Below are positions 50,419 through 62,690 of a DNA stretch of 64,000 nt, in pieces. The stretch spans positions 33,294,001 through 33,358,000 of the forward strand of contig OZ024755.1 of assembly GCA_964016885.1 (NCBI GenBank). Direction: 5' to 3'. This DNA is from Eledone cirrhosa. Taxonomy: Eukaryota. The position numbers and the translations under genes are program-made. Within the stretch, counting starts at the first letter, position 1, and every line of letters starts with the position of its first letter. The notes under the pieces were generated by a model. It saw only the letters and a program-made list of their open reading frames with translations, was not told the origin of the DNA and did not search any database.

Positions 50419-51304
50419 CTTCTTAAGTTATCTTAATTTCCAAAATACCCACTAGAAATGGTTCCTATTCCTTGGTGTAGCAGTGTAGTCATATAATAAT
50501 TGTTTTGGAAGTCCACAGCCAATAATTACAGTGGAGCTGTAGTTCAGCAGTGACAAATGTTTTGGGAAATAAAGCAACTGATCCATAGATTACATATTTC
50601 AAACTGGTTGTTGGCACAAATGGATAATTTATATTGAAAATAGGACACCATTTGAAGAATTAGTCTTCTCTCATGCATCATGCAAAATTTAACTCTAGTG
50701 TAGAAGTAGTTCAAATGTGTTTTTATTTGAGAAAACCTTTTACATTTCTTATGAAAGAAAAATTCAACCTGGTTTCTAAATAGCAATCTATTACTTTCAG
50801 AAGGTCTCAGATGAACATTTAAAGTAAGTAAAGTGAAGTCTGTGTGTGAAAGAAGGTGAAACATGCCAAAATAAGTGTGCACAATAAATCAAAGAAATTT
50901 ACCAAAAATTGAAGCAATGTCCAACAAACAAAAGTGTGTGTGTATACTGCACAATTGCAAAAGAGTGAGTAAATAGATCAACATGTCTGAATGATATATA
51001 CTTCAGTAAATGAAATGTTTGTAAAGTTTAGTTTGTAGTGTCAAAATAAGACAGAAAATATTACATGAAATAGGCAGAAAAAGAATTCCAGAATATCAAT
51101 ACATAATAATCAAATATAGAGAAGTCAAGAAAGTATGTTTAATAGAGTGTTTTACAATCTCACAGTCCGATGCAGTCTTTGGGTAAAATAAGGCAAACTC
51201 TGACAATATGTGAGTAAATAAATGCTTTTATACAATGGACTGGGTGTATATTATTGTGGCACCATTATAGAATATATATATATACATCCATCTCTAATTA
51301 AAAA

Positions 51305-51976
51305 GGTCATGAGAACGGCCAGCAACAAAGGTCCAGTGATCAGAGTCAACCAACAGGACCTCGAGGAAGTCGATCACTTCACCTATCTGAGCAGCATCCT
51401 GACAAGCAGCAGCGACGTAGAGCTCAACATCAACTGTCGGATCGGCAAAGGAGCTGATGTTTTCCAGCGGCTGTGCCCAGTCTGGACGTCTTCATGTATT
51501 AGCACCAAGACGAAGCTCCGCTTGTACAAGACCATCGTGTTGCCGACAGTGCTTTATGCAAGCGAGACCTGGAAGAGTATGGCAAAAATAGAGAGACGGC
51601 TGAACGCTTTCCACCAGCGGTGCCTGCGAAAGATCCTTCGTGTGTCCTGGTGCGACCGAGTGCGAAACGAGGAGATCCTGCGGAGAAACGAGTCGTGGAC
51701 ACTACAGAGAGGGGTCACGGAGCGTCGGTGCCATCTGGCTGGCCACATTCTGTGTCTGCCAAATGAACGGCATTCAAAAAACAGCGATGAACTGGACTCC
51801 GCCTGGTGGTAAACGGAGGCGGGGTTGCCCAAGGATCACCTGGCGATGAACGTTCCGGAAGGACCTGATGGCAGCCAATATCACCTGGTACGATCTCAAA
51901 AAAGTTGCCGCTGATCGTGACCGTTGGCGAGTACTTACTGCTCGATGCGCCGAACGGCGCGGAAGAATCTAAGACC
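51305..51976 (+). mobile_element. 5'-truncated GC-rich RTE LINE with 11-bp TSD
   Basis: LEEVDHFTYL..RIGK..TKLRLY..LYASETW..FHQRCLRKIL..KRRRGCPRITWR..DRDRWR; TSD ctaattaaaaa at 51294 and 51977. Confidence 0.93.
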
Positions 51977-52124
51977 CTAATTAAAAATACAGCCAACACT
52001 CTACAGTAAAACTAAATGTGTGCATAACTGCAATTCACTAGATTTGTTGAGTGAGCTAGACGCTAGCCGAAGGATGCTGTATGTATACCAGCAATCTTCG
52101 TTTATATATATATATCTATCTATC

Positions 52125-52300
52125 TATCTAAGGCGGGTAAAATTCCCGAAATCCATGGACGAGTTCTCTCCAGCGGTCTCTGTCCCTCATTATCGCTGCC
52201 ATGTCCTGCGTCTCCAACAGACCAGTGTCTGTCCTTAGGGCATCAACATACGTTAACCTTGGTCTTCCTCTTCTAGTGTGTCCATGTAGGGGCTCCCAAT
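52125..52300 (-). mobile_element. RTE-type LINE 3' end with (TAGA)n tail
   Basis: WEPLHGHTRRGRPRLTYVDALRTDTGL..MRDRDRWRELV on -. Confidence 0.75.
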
Positions 52301-52341
52301 AATAAATAACCTATGTGAAGTATATTATACATAATACACAT

Positions 52342-52376
<35 letters not shown>

Positions 52377-52484
52377 CATTCATGTATATATATCATCATC
52401 ACCGTTTTACGTCGATGTCTCGACGCTAGCATGAGTTAGACGGGTTGTCCTGCTGTGAGCAATGCCAGGTCAGGTGACCAATAT

Positions 52485-53400
52485 TTTATTGGATTTCAGA
52501 AACGAGTACTGACTTGTGCTCATATTCTCATCAAGGAGATTTTAATAGCTACCAATGAATTGGATAACATTTTGTATGCAGGGCTTCCAAAGCTATTCAT
52601 ATGGCTAACTTTGTATAGTATTTTAAACAACATCAGCTCCATAGTCCCTGTAATGCCAATGTATCATGTATGGAGAACAATAATTTCTCTGAAGGATTTT
52701 CTAAAACTTTTAGATGGCTCAACAGCTAATGTAGCAGGATACAAACTCTATAGATCACCCATGGCCAAGTACATCAGGTTTATATTTATAATTATTAAAT
52801 TGACATCCAAAATACTATCATACAACAAACATTTTATGTGAAAGAACAACTGTTGCATTTGTACTGAAAATGGCTCCTCTATAAATTCTGTGAAATCTTT
52901 AAGAACATATGTAATGGATATGACTAAGTGAAAATGCAAATACAGGAATGCACATTTTTATTCATAATGAAATTATGTATTACATAAATAGTCATTGATT
53001 CAGTTCTTCAGAAGCAATGTGGAAGTGATTGAATGCAAAATTGATGACACATCACAGAGTGTAGTTAGTTTCTCAGTACATCTTGAACATCAAGAGACAG
53101 TTTACTTTGAAGAAGGCATTGGAAGAGGAGCATTTCAAAATTCCCAAAACAGAGCTGCTCCTTTAATGGCATGGAAACCAATAACATTCATGAAACTGCT
53201 AGAAATCCGTTATCATTATTATATCTTTAACAAATGAACAATATGGAAACAAAATCCTTGAAATGCATGCAATATATCCCAAAGAAATTGTGAGATTTTA
53301 CTTCAGTTTATTATTATTGTATGTAAAAAAAAACTACAAGCCTTAAAAAATGTGCACTCATAACAGGGACATTTACATCAGCAGAAATGGAGACAAACAG
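52485..53400 (+). pseudogene. Decayed Helitron Rep (HUH endonuclease) region
   Basis: IGFQKRVLTCAHILI (cf. EFQKRGLPHAH), GYKLYR, YNKHF..SSINSVK, SSSEAMW, SVVSFSVHLEHQETVYF, RFYFSLLLLYVK in correct order. Confidence 0.8.
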
Positions 53401-53474
53401 ATGAAATGTTATTATAAGTTCAAAAAGTCATTTACACCAACAGAAGAATTATTTGACATTATATGTACCTTAGA

Positions 53475-53662
53475 GGGCGGTGGATTGGCAGTATCGGTAG
53501 AGGGTTGGACGCCATGCTTTGCAGCAAAGAGTTACGGCCCTTTATGGTCTGAGTTCAAATCTCGCCGAGGTTAACTTTGCCTTTCATCCCTACGAGGTCG
53601 ATAAAATAAAGTACCAGTAATACACTGGGATAGTTGCTGGCCTTGTGCCAAAGGTAGAAACA
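53475..53662 (+). mobile_element. SINE family A
   Basis: Perfect 17-bp TSD attatatgtaccttaga (53458, 53663). Confidence 0.92.
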
Positions 53663-53901
53663 ATTATATGTACCTTAGATAGACCAAGTGATTTTCTGTT
53701 GTTCTTGCAGTATGAACAGCACCTTATTCAGAGTTTTATAATGGAGGTCATAATGGATTAAGACACTTGCAACAAAGCACTGTATGTTATTCAACAAACA
53801 CCCATTATTTGTGGTTTACACTGCTGTGATGTAGGATCATAGACTGTGCACTGAATCTTTATGATGGCATTAATGATATCCATGTGGCTAGTGCAGTCAA
53901 A

Positions 53902-54556
53902 CATCATCATCATCATTTTACATCCACTTTTCCTTGCTTGCAAGAGTGGGACAGGTCCTCTTCAGCACAGCATCTCTCCATTCGTCATGGTTCTTCATCG
54001 TCTCCTCTGTGGGGTTAGTTGGGTCAGGGGACCATGTCTTGCTCATATAGAACTGTTTCTGGCTAAGTTTCTATGGCTGGTGTGCCCTTCCTAATGCCAA
54101 CCACATTTACAGTGTGAGCTGGGTGCTTTTTCTTGTGACCCCTACTTGACCACTTTATAGTATGGACTGGGTGCTTTTTGTCGTGACACCTACACGACCA
54201 TCTCTACACGACCATCTTACAGCGTGGGCTGGGTGCTTTTTCTTGTGACTCCTACTTGACCACTTTATAGTATGGACTGGGTGCTTTTTGTCGTGACACC
54301 TACACGACCATCTTACAGCGTGGGCTGGGTGCTTTTTGTCGTGACACCTACACAACCTCTTCACAGTAAGCACTGGATGCTTTTTGTTACGACACCTATA
54401 TGACAATTTTACAGGATGGACTGGGTACTTTTTGTCATGACACCTACACTACCACTTTACAATGTGGGCTGGGTGCTTTTTGTTGTGACACCTACATGTC
54501 CACTTTAGAGTGTGGACTGGTCCTTTTTGCCGTGACACCTACACACCTACTTTACA
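53902..54556 (-). mobile_element. RTE 3' end fragments with ~9 copies of the 48-bp unit
   Basis: (CAT)n tail, UTR match, tandem units ~54106-54556. Confidence 0.75.
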
Positions 54557-54610
54557 AGAGATTAACAATCAACTAGTGATTGTTGCAGACATGAAATGGA
54601 ACTGTAAGTA

Positions 54611-55207
54611 ATAATTGTTTCTACTTTAGGCACAAGGCCAGCAATTACCCAGTGCATTACTGGTACTTTATTTTATCGACCCCGTAAGGATGAAAGGCAA
54701 AGTTAACCTCGGCGGGATTTGAACTCAAAACGCAAAGGGCCGTAACTCTATGCTGTAAAGCATGGTGTCTGACGCTCTGCCGATACTGCCAATCCACCGC
54801 CTTACTGTAAGTAACAATTGTTTCTACTTTAGGCACAAGGCCAGCAATTTGAGAGGGAGGGGAAAGTTGATTAAATCGACCCCAGTGCGTTACTGGTGCT
54901 TTATTTTATCGACCCTGTAAGGATGAAAGGCAAAGTTAACCTCGGCAGGATTTGAACACATATCGTAAGGGGCCGTAACTCTATGCTGCAAAGCATGGCG
55001 TTGACCCTCTACCGATACTGCCATGTAATAATTGTTTCTACTTTAGGCACAAGGCCAGCAATCACCCAGTGCATTACTGGTACTTTATTTTATCCACTCC
55101 GTAAGGATGAAAGGCAAAGTTAACCTCGGCAGGATTTGAACTCAGACCGTAAAGGGACGTAACTATGCTGGAAAGCATGGCGTCCGACCCTCTACCGATA
55201 CTGCCAA
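54611..55207 (-). mobile_element. Three head-to-tail SINE family A copies
   Basis: Copies at ~54611-54801, 54814-55023, 55028-55207. Confidence 0.9.
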
Positions 55208-55564
55208 GTAATAATGATAGTTTAGATTTAAACATTATTGATATAAATTTAAATAATTTTAAAAGCCATACAATGCATTAGAAAATTAAAGGTTCCTAGA
55301 TAACAATTTATATTTCATATTCAACAATGCTTCAAGCAAACTACAACACTCTATTATTAATATATTACATGAAACTGTGTTCAATGAGGATATTGCTGAC
55401 ATGTTATTTGGGAATTTGCTATATCTGATAAACAACATTATCATCTTCATCATCATTGTCATCATTTAATGACAAATTTTCTCTGCTAGGAAGGGTTGGT
55501 CAGGTCTTCATAGACTGAGTCAGAACGCAAGTAGGACTACTAACCTCTTGTATGATTGAATATG

Positions 55565-55870
55565 TTTACAAGAAAATAATCCTATGTGTCAGGCGATGCC
55601 CGTGAGGGTGCCTGGCTGTTTCAGTGCCTTAGCCACACCATCACCTGCGGCAATGCTGCGAGTGTGTTGGCTTGGTTAAAAGTGTTTAGTAAACTCTTAT
55701 GATGAGCGGCCGATTGAAGCACTTAATGGTGAATTGCACCTCCCCCTTTTTCTTCTTTTTTGATGTTTTTTTATCTCTCTTTTTGTGTTTATATTTGTAT
55801 ATTATATGTTTGTGTTTTCGTTCTGTAACATTTTATTATTATATTTCTATGATGTAGACTAAAAACAAAA
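55565..55870 (+). mobile_element. 3' end of a CRE-clade-like (RLE) non-LTR retrotransposon
   Basis: VSGDAREGAWLFQCLSHTITCGNAASVL resembles the recalled CRE C-terminal GD.RE..FL.QRLS.AIQRGNAASVL motif; T-rich UTR follows. Confidence 0.6.
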
Positions 55871-55928
55871 GCTAAACCAGATGCTCTGTAACATCCGTAT
55901 ATGTTGGCGTACAAATTGACCATGATGA

Positions 55929-58900
55929 TCATCACCGTTTTACGTCCTTTCTTCCACACTGGCATGGGTTAGACAAGTTGTCCTGTTCGTGGGCAATGCC
56001 AAATCAAGTGACCATGTCTGGCTCATACAGAACTGATTTTGGCTTGATTTCTACAGCTGGATGCCCTTCCTAACACCAACCTCATTTACAGTGAGTGCTG
56101 GGTGCTTTTTATCGTGGTGCCTACATGACCACTTTACAGTGTGGACTGGGTGCTTTTTTGTCGTGACACCTACATGACCACTCTACAGTGTGGACTGGGT
56201 GCTTTTTTGTCGTGACACCTATATGACCACTTTACAGTGTGGACTGGGTGCTTTTTTGTTGTGACACCTACATGACCACTTTACAGTGTGGACTGGGTGC
56301 TTTTTTGTCGTGACACCTACATGACCACTTTACAGTGTGGACTGGGTGCTTTTTTGTCGTGACACCTACATGACCACTTTACAGTGTGGACTGGGTGCTT
56401 TTTTGTCGTGACACCTACATGACCACTTTACAGTGTGGACAGGGTGCTTTTTTTTGTCGTGACACCTACATGACCACTTTACAGTGTGGACTGGGTGCTT
56501 TTTGTCGTGACACCTACATGACCACTCTACAGTGTGGACTGGGTGCTTTTTTGTCGTGACACCTACATGACCACTTTACAGTGTGGACTGGGTGCTTTTT
56601 TGTTGTGACACCTACATGACCACTTTACAGTGTGGACTGGGTGCTTTTTTGTCGTGACACCTACATGACCACTTTACAGTGTGGACTGGGTGCTTTTTTG
56701 TCGTGACACCTACATGACCACTTTACAGTGTGGACTGGATGCTTTTTTTGTCGTGACACCTACATGACCACTTTACAGTGTGGACTGGGTGCTTTTTTGT
56801 CGTGACACCTACATGACCACTTTACAGTGAGTGCTGGGTGCTTTTTATCATGACACCTACATGACCACTTTACAGTGTGGACTGGGTGCTTTTTTGTCGT
56901 GACACCTACATGACCACTTTACAGTGTGGACTGGGTGCTTTTTTGTCGTGACACCTACATGACCACTTTACAGTGTGGACTGGGTGCTTTTTTTTGTCGT
57001 GACACCTACATGACCACTTTACAGTGTGGACTGGGTGCTTTTTGTCGTGACACCTACATGACCACTTTACAGTGTGGACTGGGTGCTTTTTTGTCGTGAC
57101 ACCTACATGACCACTTTACAGTGTGGACAAGGTGCTTTTTTTTGTCGTGACACCTACATGACCACTTTACAGTGTGGACTGGGTGCTTTTTTGTCGTGAC
57201 ATCTACATGACTACTTTACAGTGTGGACTGGGTGCTTTTTTTGTCGTGACACCTACATGACCACTTTACAGTGTGGACTGGGTGCTTTTTTGTCGTGACA
57301 CCTACATGACCACTTTACAGTGAGTGCTGGGTGCTTTTTATCATGACACCTACATGACCACTTTACAGTGTGGACTGGGTGCTTTTTTGTCGTGACACCT
57401 ACATGACCACTTTACAGTGTGGACTGGGTGCTTTTTTGTCGTGACACCTACATGACCACTTTACAGTGTGGACTGGGTGCTTTTTTGTCGTGACACCTAC
57501 ATGACCACTTTACAGTGTGGACTGGGTGCTTTTTTGTCGTGACACCTACATGACCACTTTACAGTGTGGACTGGGTGCTTTTTTTGTCGTGACACCTACA
57601 TGACCACTTTACAGTGTGGGCTGGGTGCTTTTTTGTCGTGATACCTACATGACCACTTTACAGTGAGTGCTGGGTGCGTTTTATCATGACACCTACATGA
57701 CCACTTTACAGTGTGGACTGGGTGCTTTTTTGTCGTGACACCTACATGACCACTTTACAGTGTGGACTGGGTGCTTTTTTGTCGTGACACCTACATGACC
57801 ACTTTACAGTGTGGACTGGGTGCTTTTTTGTCGTGACACCTACATGACCACTTTACAGTGTGGACTGGGTGCTTTTTTGTCGTGACACCTACATGACCAC
57901 TTTACAGTGTGGACTGGGTGCTTTTTTGTTGTGACACCTACACTACCACTTTACATTGTGGACTGGGTGCTTTTTTGTAATGACACCTACATGACCACTT
58001 TACAGTGTGGACTGGGTGCTTTTTTGTCATGACACCTACATGACCACTTTACAGTGTGGACTGGGTGCTTTTTTGTCGTGACACCTACATGACCACTTTA
58101 CAGTGTGGACTGGGTGCTTTTTTTGTCATGACACCTACATGACCACTTTACAGTGTGGACTGGGTGCTTTTTTTGTTGTGACACCTACATGACCACTTTA
58201 CAGTGTGGACTGGGTGCTTTTTTGTTGTGACACCTACATGACCACTTTACAGTGTGGACTGGGTGCTTTTTTGTTGTGACACTTACATGACCACTTTACA
58301 GTGAGTGCTGGGTGCTTTTTATCATGACACCTACATGACCACTTTACAGTGTGGACTGGGTGCTTTTTTGTCGTGACACCTACATGACCACTTTACAGTG
58401 TGGACTGGGTGCTTTTTTGTCGTGACACCTACATGACCACTTTACAGTGTGGACTGGGTGCTTTTTTGTCGTGACACCTACATGACCACTTTACAGTGTG
58501 GACTGGGTGCTTTTTTGTTGTGACACCTACATGACCACTTTACAGTATGGGCTGGGTGCTTTTTTGTAGTGACACCTACACGACCACTTTACAGTGTGGA
58601 CTGGGTGCTTTTTTGTCGTGACACCTACATGACCACTTTACAGTGTGGACTGGGTGCTTTTTTGTTGTGACACCTACACTACCACTTTACAGTGTGGACT
58701 GGGTGCTTTTTTGTCGTGACACCTACATGACCACTTTACAGTGTGGACTGGGTGCTTTTTTGTCATGACACCTACATGACCACTTTACAGTGTGGACTGG
58801 GTGCTTTTTTGTCGTGACACCTACATGACCACTTTACAGTGTGGACTGGGTGCTTTTTTTGTCATGACACCTACATGACCACTTTACAGTGTGGACTGGG

Positions 58901-59675
58901 TGCTTTTTTTGTTGTGACACCTACATGACCACTTTACAGTGTGGACTGGGTGCTTTTTTGTCGTGACACCTACATGACCACTTTACAGTGTGGACTGGGT
59001 GCTTTTTTTGTCGTGACACCTACATGACCACTTTACAGTGTGGACTGGTGCTTTTTTGTCGTGACACCTACATGACTACTTTACAGTGTGGACTGGGTGC
59101 TTTTTGTCGTGACACCTACATGACCACTTTACAGTGTGGACTGGGTGCTTTTTTGTTGTGACACCTACACTACCACTTTACAGTGTGGACTGGGTGCTTT
59201 TTTGTTGTGACACCTACATGACCACTTTACAGTGTGGACAGGGTGCTTTTTTGTTGTGACACCTACATGACCACTTTACAGTGTGGACTGGGTGCTTTTT
59301 TGTCGTGACACCTACATGACCACTTTACATTGTGGACTGGGTGCTTTTTTTGTCGTGACACCTACATGACCACTTTACAGTGTGGGCTGGGTGCTTTTTT
59401 GTCGTGACACCTACATGACCACTTTACAGTGTGGACTGGGTGCTTTTTTGTCGTGATACCTACATGACCACTTTACAGTTTGGACTGGGTGCTTTTTTGT
59501 CGTGACACCTATATGACCACTTTACAGTAGAAAGGGGTGGGTGTATAGTGTCTATATGCTTCATCTTTGGCTTATGCTTGTGGGAAGTCGGGTCTTCTGT
59601 ATTATTGCATAACGCCAGAGATCTCGGTCGTGTGTCATCACCTTTAAGAGGTGCAATTGGGCAAGGTCGACTTGT
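55929..59675 (-). mobile_element. RTE LINE 3' end carrying a ~3.45-kb VNTR in its 3' UTR
   Basis: 55929-56085 matches 46053-46215; 59530-59675 matches ~46315-46450 (ORF2 end). Confidence 0.88.
56085..59528. repeat. ~49-bp minisatellite TTTACAGTGTGGACTGGGTGCT(5-8)GTCGTGACACCTACATGACCAC (~70 copies)
   Basis: Direct reading. Confidence 0.97.
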
Positions 59676-59769
59676 CCGCCGAATATAAAATATGGAAGTA
59701 TGCATGGTGCTTCACCTGAACTACATCTTAGAATTTTAGGGGGTCAACCTAGGCACCAGATCGATGTAT

Positions 59770-60240
59770 ACGCCAGCATATACAGTAAATAACAGAGTTC
59801 CGAATCTGTTGCCAGGTAAATATGAAAATGCTGACACCATTATATAGATTAAGGTCAAGCTACAAATTACTTCTTGATGATTGCCTCTTCATGAGTTAAA
59901 GCTGAGAGTAGGTTCAATTATAATATTGAATGGCACTAAGCTCATTTTCAAAGCTTTAGCAAATCTATTGTACCAGTACAGAAATTATCACTGGCAGCAG
60001 TAGAAGAGGAGATAGGAAATTTATACTAAGAGTGGATTTATCCCCAAGTGATACAACACTACTTTATTTTGAAAAGGAGGCACTTCCCTATTATATCCTC
60101 ATTTGTCATAACTATTAACAAGTTTCAAGATCAACCATTTTATACTGTTGAAATATATTTGTCAAAGGCTGTATTTAGTCATGGTGAACTGTATATGGCT
60201 TTAAGTGGAACTATGAACAATAGAAACTTAAAGTGTATAC
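59770..60240 (+). pseudogene. Decayed Helitron PIF1-type helicase C-terminus
   Basis: LKRRHFPIISSFVITINKFQDQPFYTVEIYLSKAVFSHGELYMALS (cf. RRQFP..AFAMTINKSQGQT..VFSHGQLYVALSR). Confidence 0.88.
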
Positions 60241-60784
60241 AATGTAGAGAACTTTTAGATTAAATGCACAATTAATATGTCACAAGATATAGCATGAGAT
60301 TCACTTGCAACCTATATTATATTAGGAGAATATTTTAAATATTTGATGTAAACTTCAATGTGTACCATATAATGTTCTAAATATGGCAAAGTACATCATG
60401 TGCTGTATTGTAAAATGATGTAAATATTGTTGTAAACACTATGCTGTAAAACATAATAAAATGTAAATATTATTATAAGCTGAAATTTCTATCTGAACAT
60501 TAATTATCTGAAATTCAGATGATCAGAACAAATTACAACGATCCATTAATATATAATTAGCCATAGCATGGGAAACCTGAACTCTAAGAAAATGCTGAAG
60601 TTGCTATTTTGTCTATTGTTTAGAATAATTAAAAGTAAAATCAATTTACTGAAGAACATATTCAATCAAAGAGATGTTACCATCTCTAGTTTGAAAGCTC
60701 CGTTTGCCACTAAGATGGTAGGAGGTGGAATTTAAACTCAGAATTCAACAGGATGTAACAAATTCAACATGGTATCTTGTCAGA

Positions 60785-61672
60785 CTCTTGAACTTCTTTT
60801 TATTCTTCACCCACTTCTTCCTGAGAGGGACATGGGAGGCAAAGTCCTCAAACACTTATTTCAGTGGCTCCTGTCAGAAGCAACTGTCTCTAACTGATCT
60901 GGCTGGATCCCCAAGTGAGACCAGCCAAGCTCATGGATGTTATCCAACCAATTTGCTCAGGGTCTCCCCCTGGGTCTCTTGTCTGTTGGTTTTGCCTGTA
61001 AAATCTCTCCAGCGATTCTTTCCTAAGATAGTCTAATCACATACCTTTAGTATCATAGCTGTGATCTCTCAATTAGGAGAAGTAGCAGCTCTATCTGGAG
61101 TGACTCTCTGATCTCCGAGCTTTTCACTCTATTGTGTAACATTACTCCTTCGGCTGCTTGTAATCATGATTGCATTCTTTCGGTCATTACCCAAGATTCA
61201 TTACCTAAGTAAGGGTTGGCACAAATACTAAATTGTAGATAGCGTGCCTCGTACCAGTTAATTTTTAAAGACTCATAAAGTTATACATATACATAAGCCT
61301 TTCCCCGGATCTCTTGCCTGTTGGTTTTGCCTGTAAAATCTGTCCAGTGATTCTTTCCCAAGACATTCTAACCACATGCCCATAGTATCGGATCTGTGAT
61401 CTCTCAATTCGGAGAAGTAGTATCTCTATCTGGAGTGACTCTCTGATCTGGCTATAAATCTCAGGTAATTCTTTCCTGAGACATTCTAACCACATACCTA
61501 TAGTATCGGAGCTGTGATCTCTCAATTCGGAGAAGTAGTGTCTCTATTTGGAGTGACACTCTGATCTCTGAGCTACACACTTCATCGAGTAACGTTACTC
61601 CAAAGACCCTTCGCAGGAATCCCATTTCGGCAACTTGTATTCGCGATCCTATATTTTCGGTCATTACCCAAG
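60785..61672 (-). mobile_element. RTE LINE 3' fragments with internal repeated segments
   Basis: RIQVAEMGFLRR..LLLRIERSQLRYY..VVRMSQER occurs three times; GAAGAA tail at left. Confidence 0.8.
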
Positions 61673-61875
61673 ATCAATCCTGTAAATTCATTGTCTTTAT
61701 TCAACAATTACTTATTAATCAACAAATAATGAAAAACAAAGTTGACTTTAGCAGGATTTGAACAAAAATTGCAGAGAGCAGAAACAAATTCTGTCATGCA
61801 TTTAATACCCTACCAACTTTACTTCTTCACCACACAGAAATAAATAAATTATATATATATATCTATATATATATA

Positions 61876-62072
61876 GGAACGATCGACTTTCGTCAAATTG
61901 GACCAAGGAAACAATGTTTCCATTGGTCTTTCCAATTTCTAATACTATCTATCAGGTAGAAGGGGCGATGTGAAATGAAGTGTCTTGCTCAAGGACATAA
62001 CGCATCCCCTGGTCCGGGAATCGAACTCACAACCTCACGATTGCGAATCCAATCCTCTAACCACTCAGCCAC
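61876..62072 (-). mobile_element. SINE family C
   Basis: Homologous to 12809-13017. Confidence 0.85.
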
Positions 62073-62350
62073 ACACACACATGTATATATATATATACAT
62101 AGACACACAGATATATATAGATATATCTACACCCACACACACATATATATATATATAGATGTATACACACACACACACACACATATATATAGATATATAT
62201 ACACACACACATATATATAGATATATACACACACACACATATATATAGATATACACATACACACATATATAGATATATACACACATATATATATATATAT
62301 ATACAAACATATACATACACATATATATATACACAAACACATATATATAT

Positions 62351-62391
<41 letters not shown>

Positions 62392-62469
62392 TATATATAT
62401 ATACACACATACATATATATACATACACATACATATATATATATACACATATATACACACACACACACA

Positions 62470-62503
<34 letters not shown>

Positions 62504-62610
62504 CACACACATACATATATATATACACATACATATACACATACACATATATATACACATACACACACATATATATATATACACACACACACATATTTAT
62601 ATATATATAC
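62070..62610. repeat. (TA)n/(CA)n compound microsatellite
   Basis: Direct reading. Confidence 0.95.
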
Positions 62611-62690
62611 ATAACAAAGGAATTGTGGTAAGGAACCAGATGGACCATAACGTACCAGAGTACTCAATACTTAGGGTAGTAGAGTGTGAA

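Noticed and set aside
50040-51180. Possible additional decayed hAT element on - (ORF 50544-50882)
   Set aside because: Only a faint terminal-like motif and weak peptide resemblance; cannot be supported without a search
56085-59528. CRISPR-like array, or common origin with the 30-bp satellite
   Set aside because: Pure tandem units without spacers; shares only a short AGTGTGG word with the satellite
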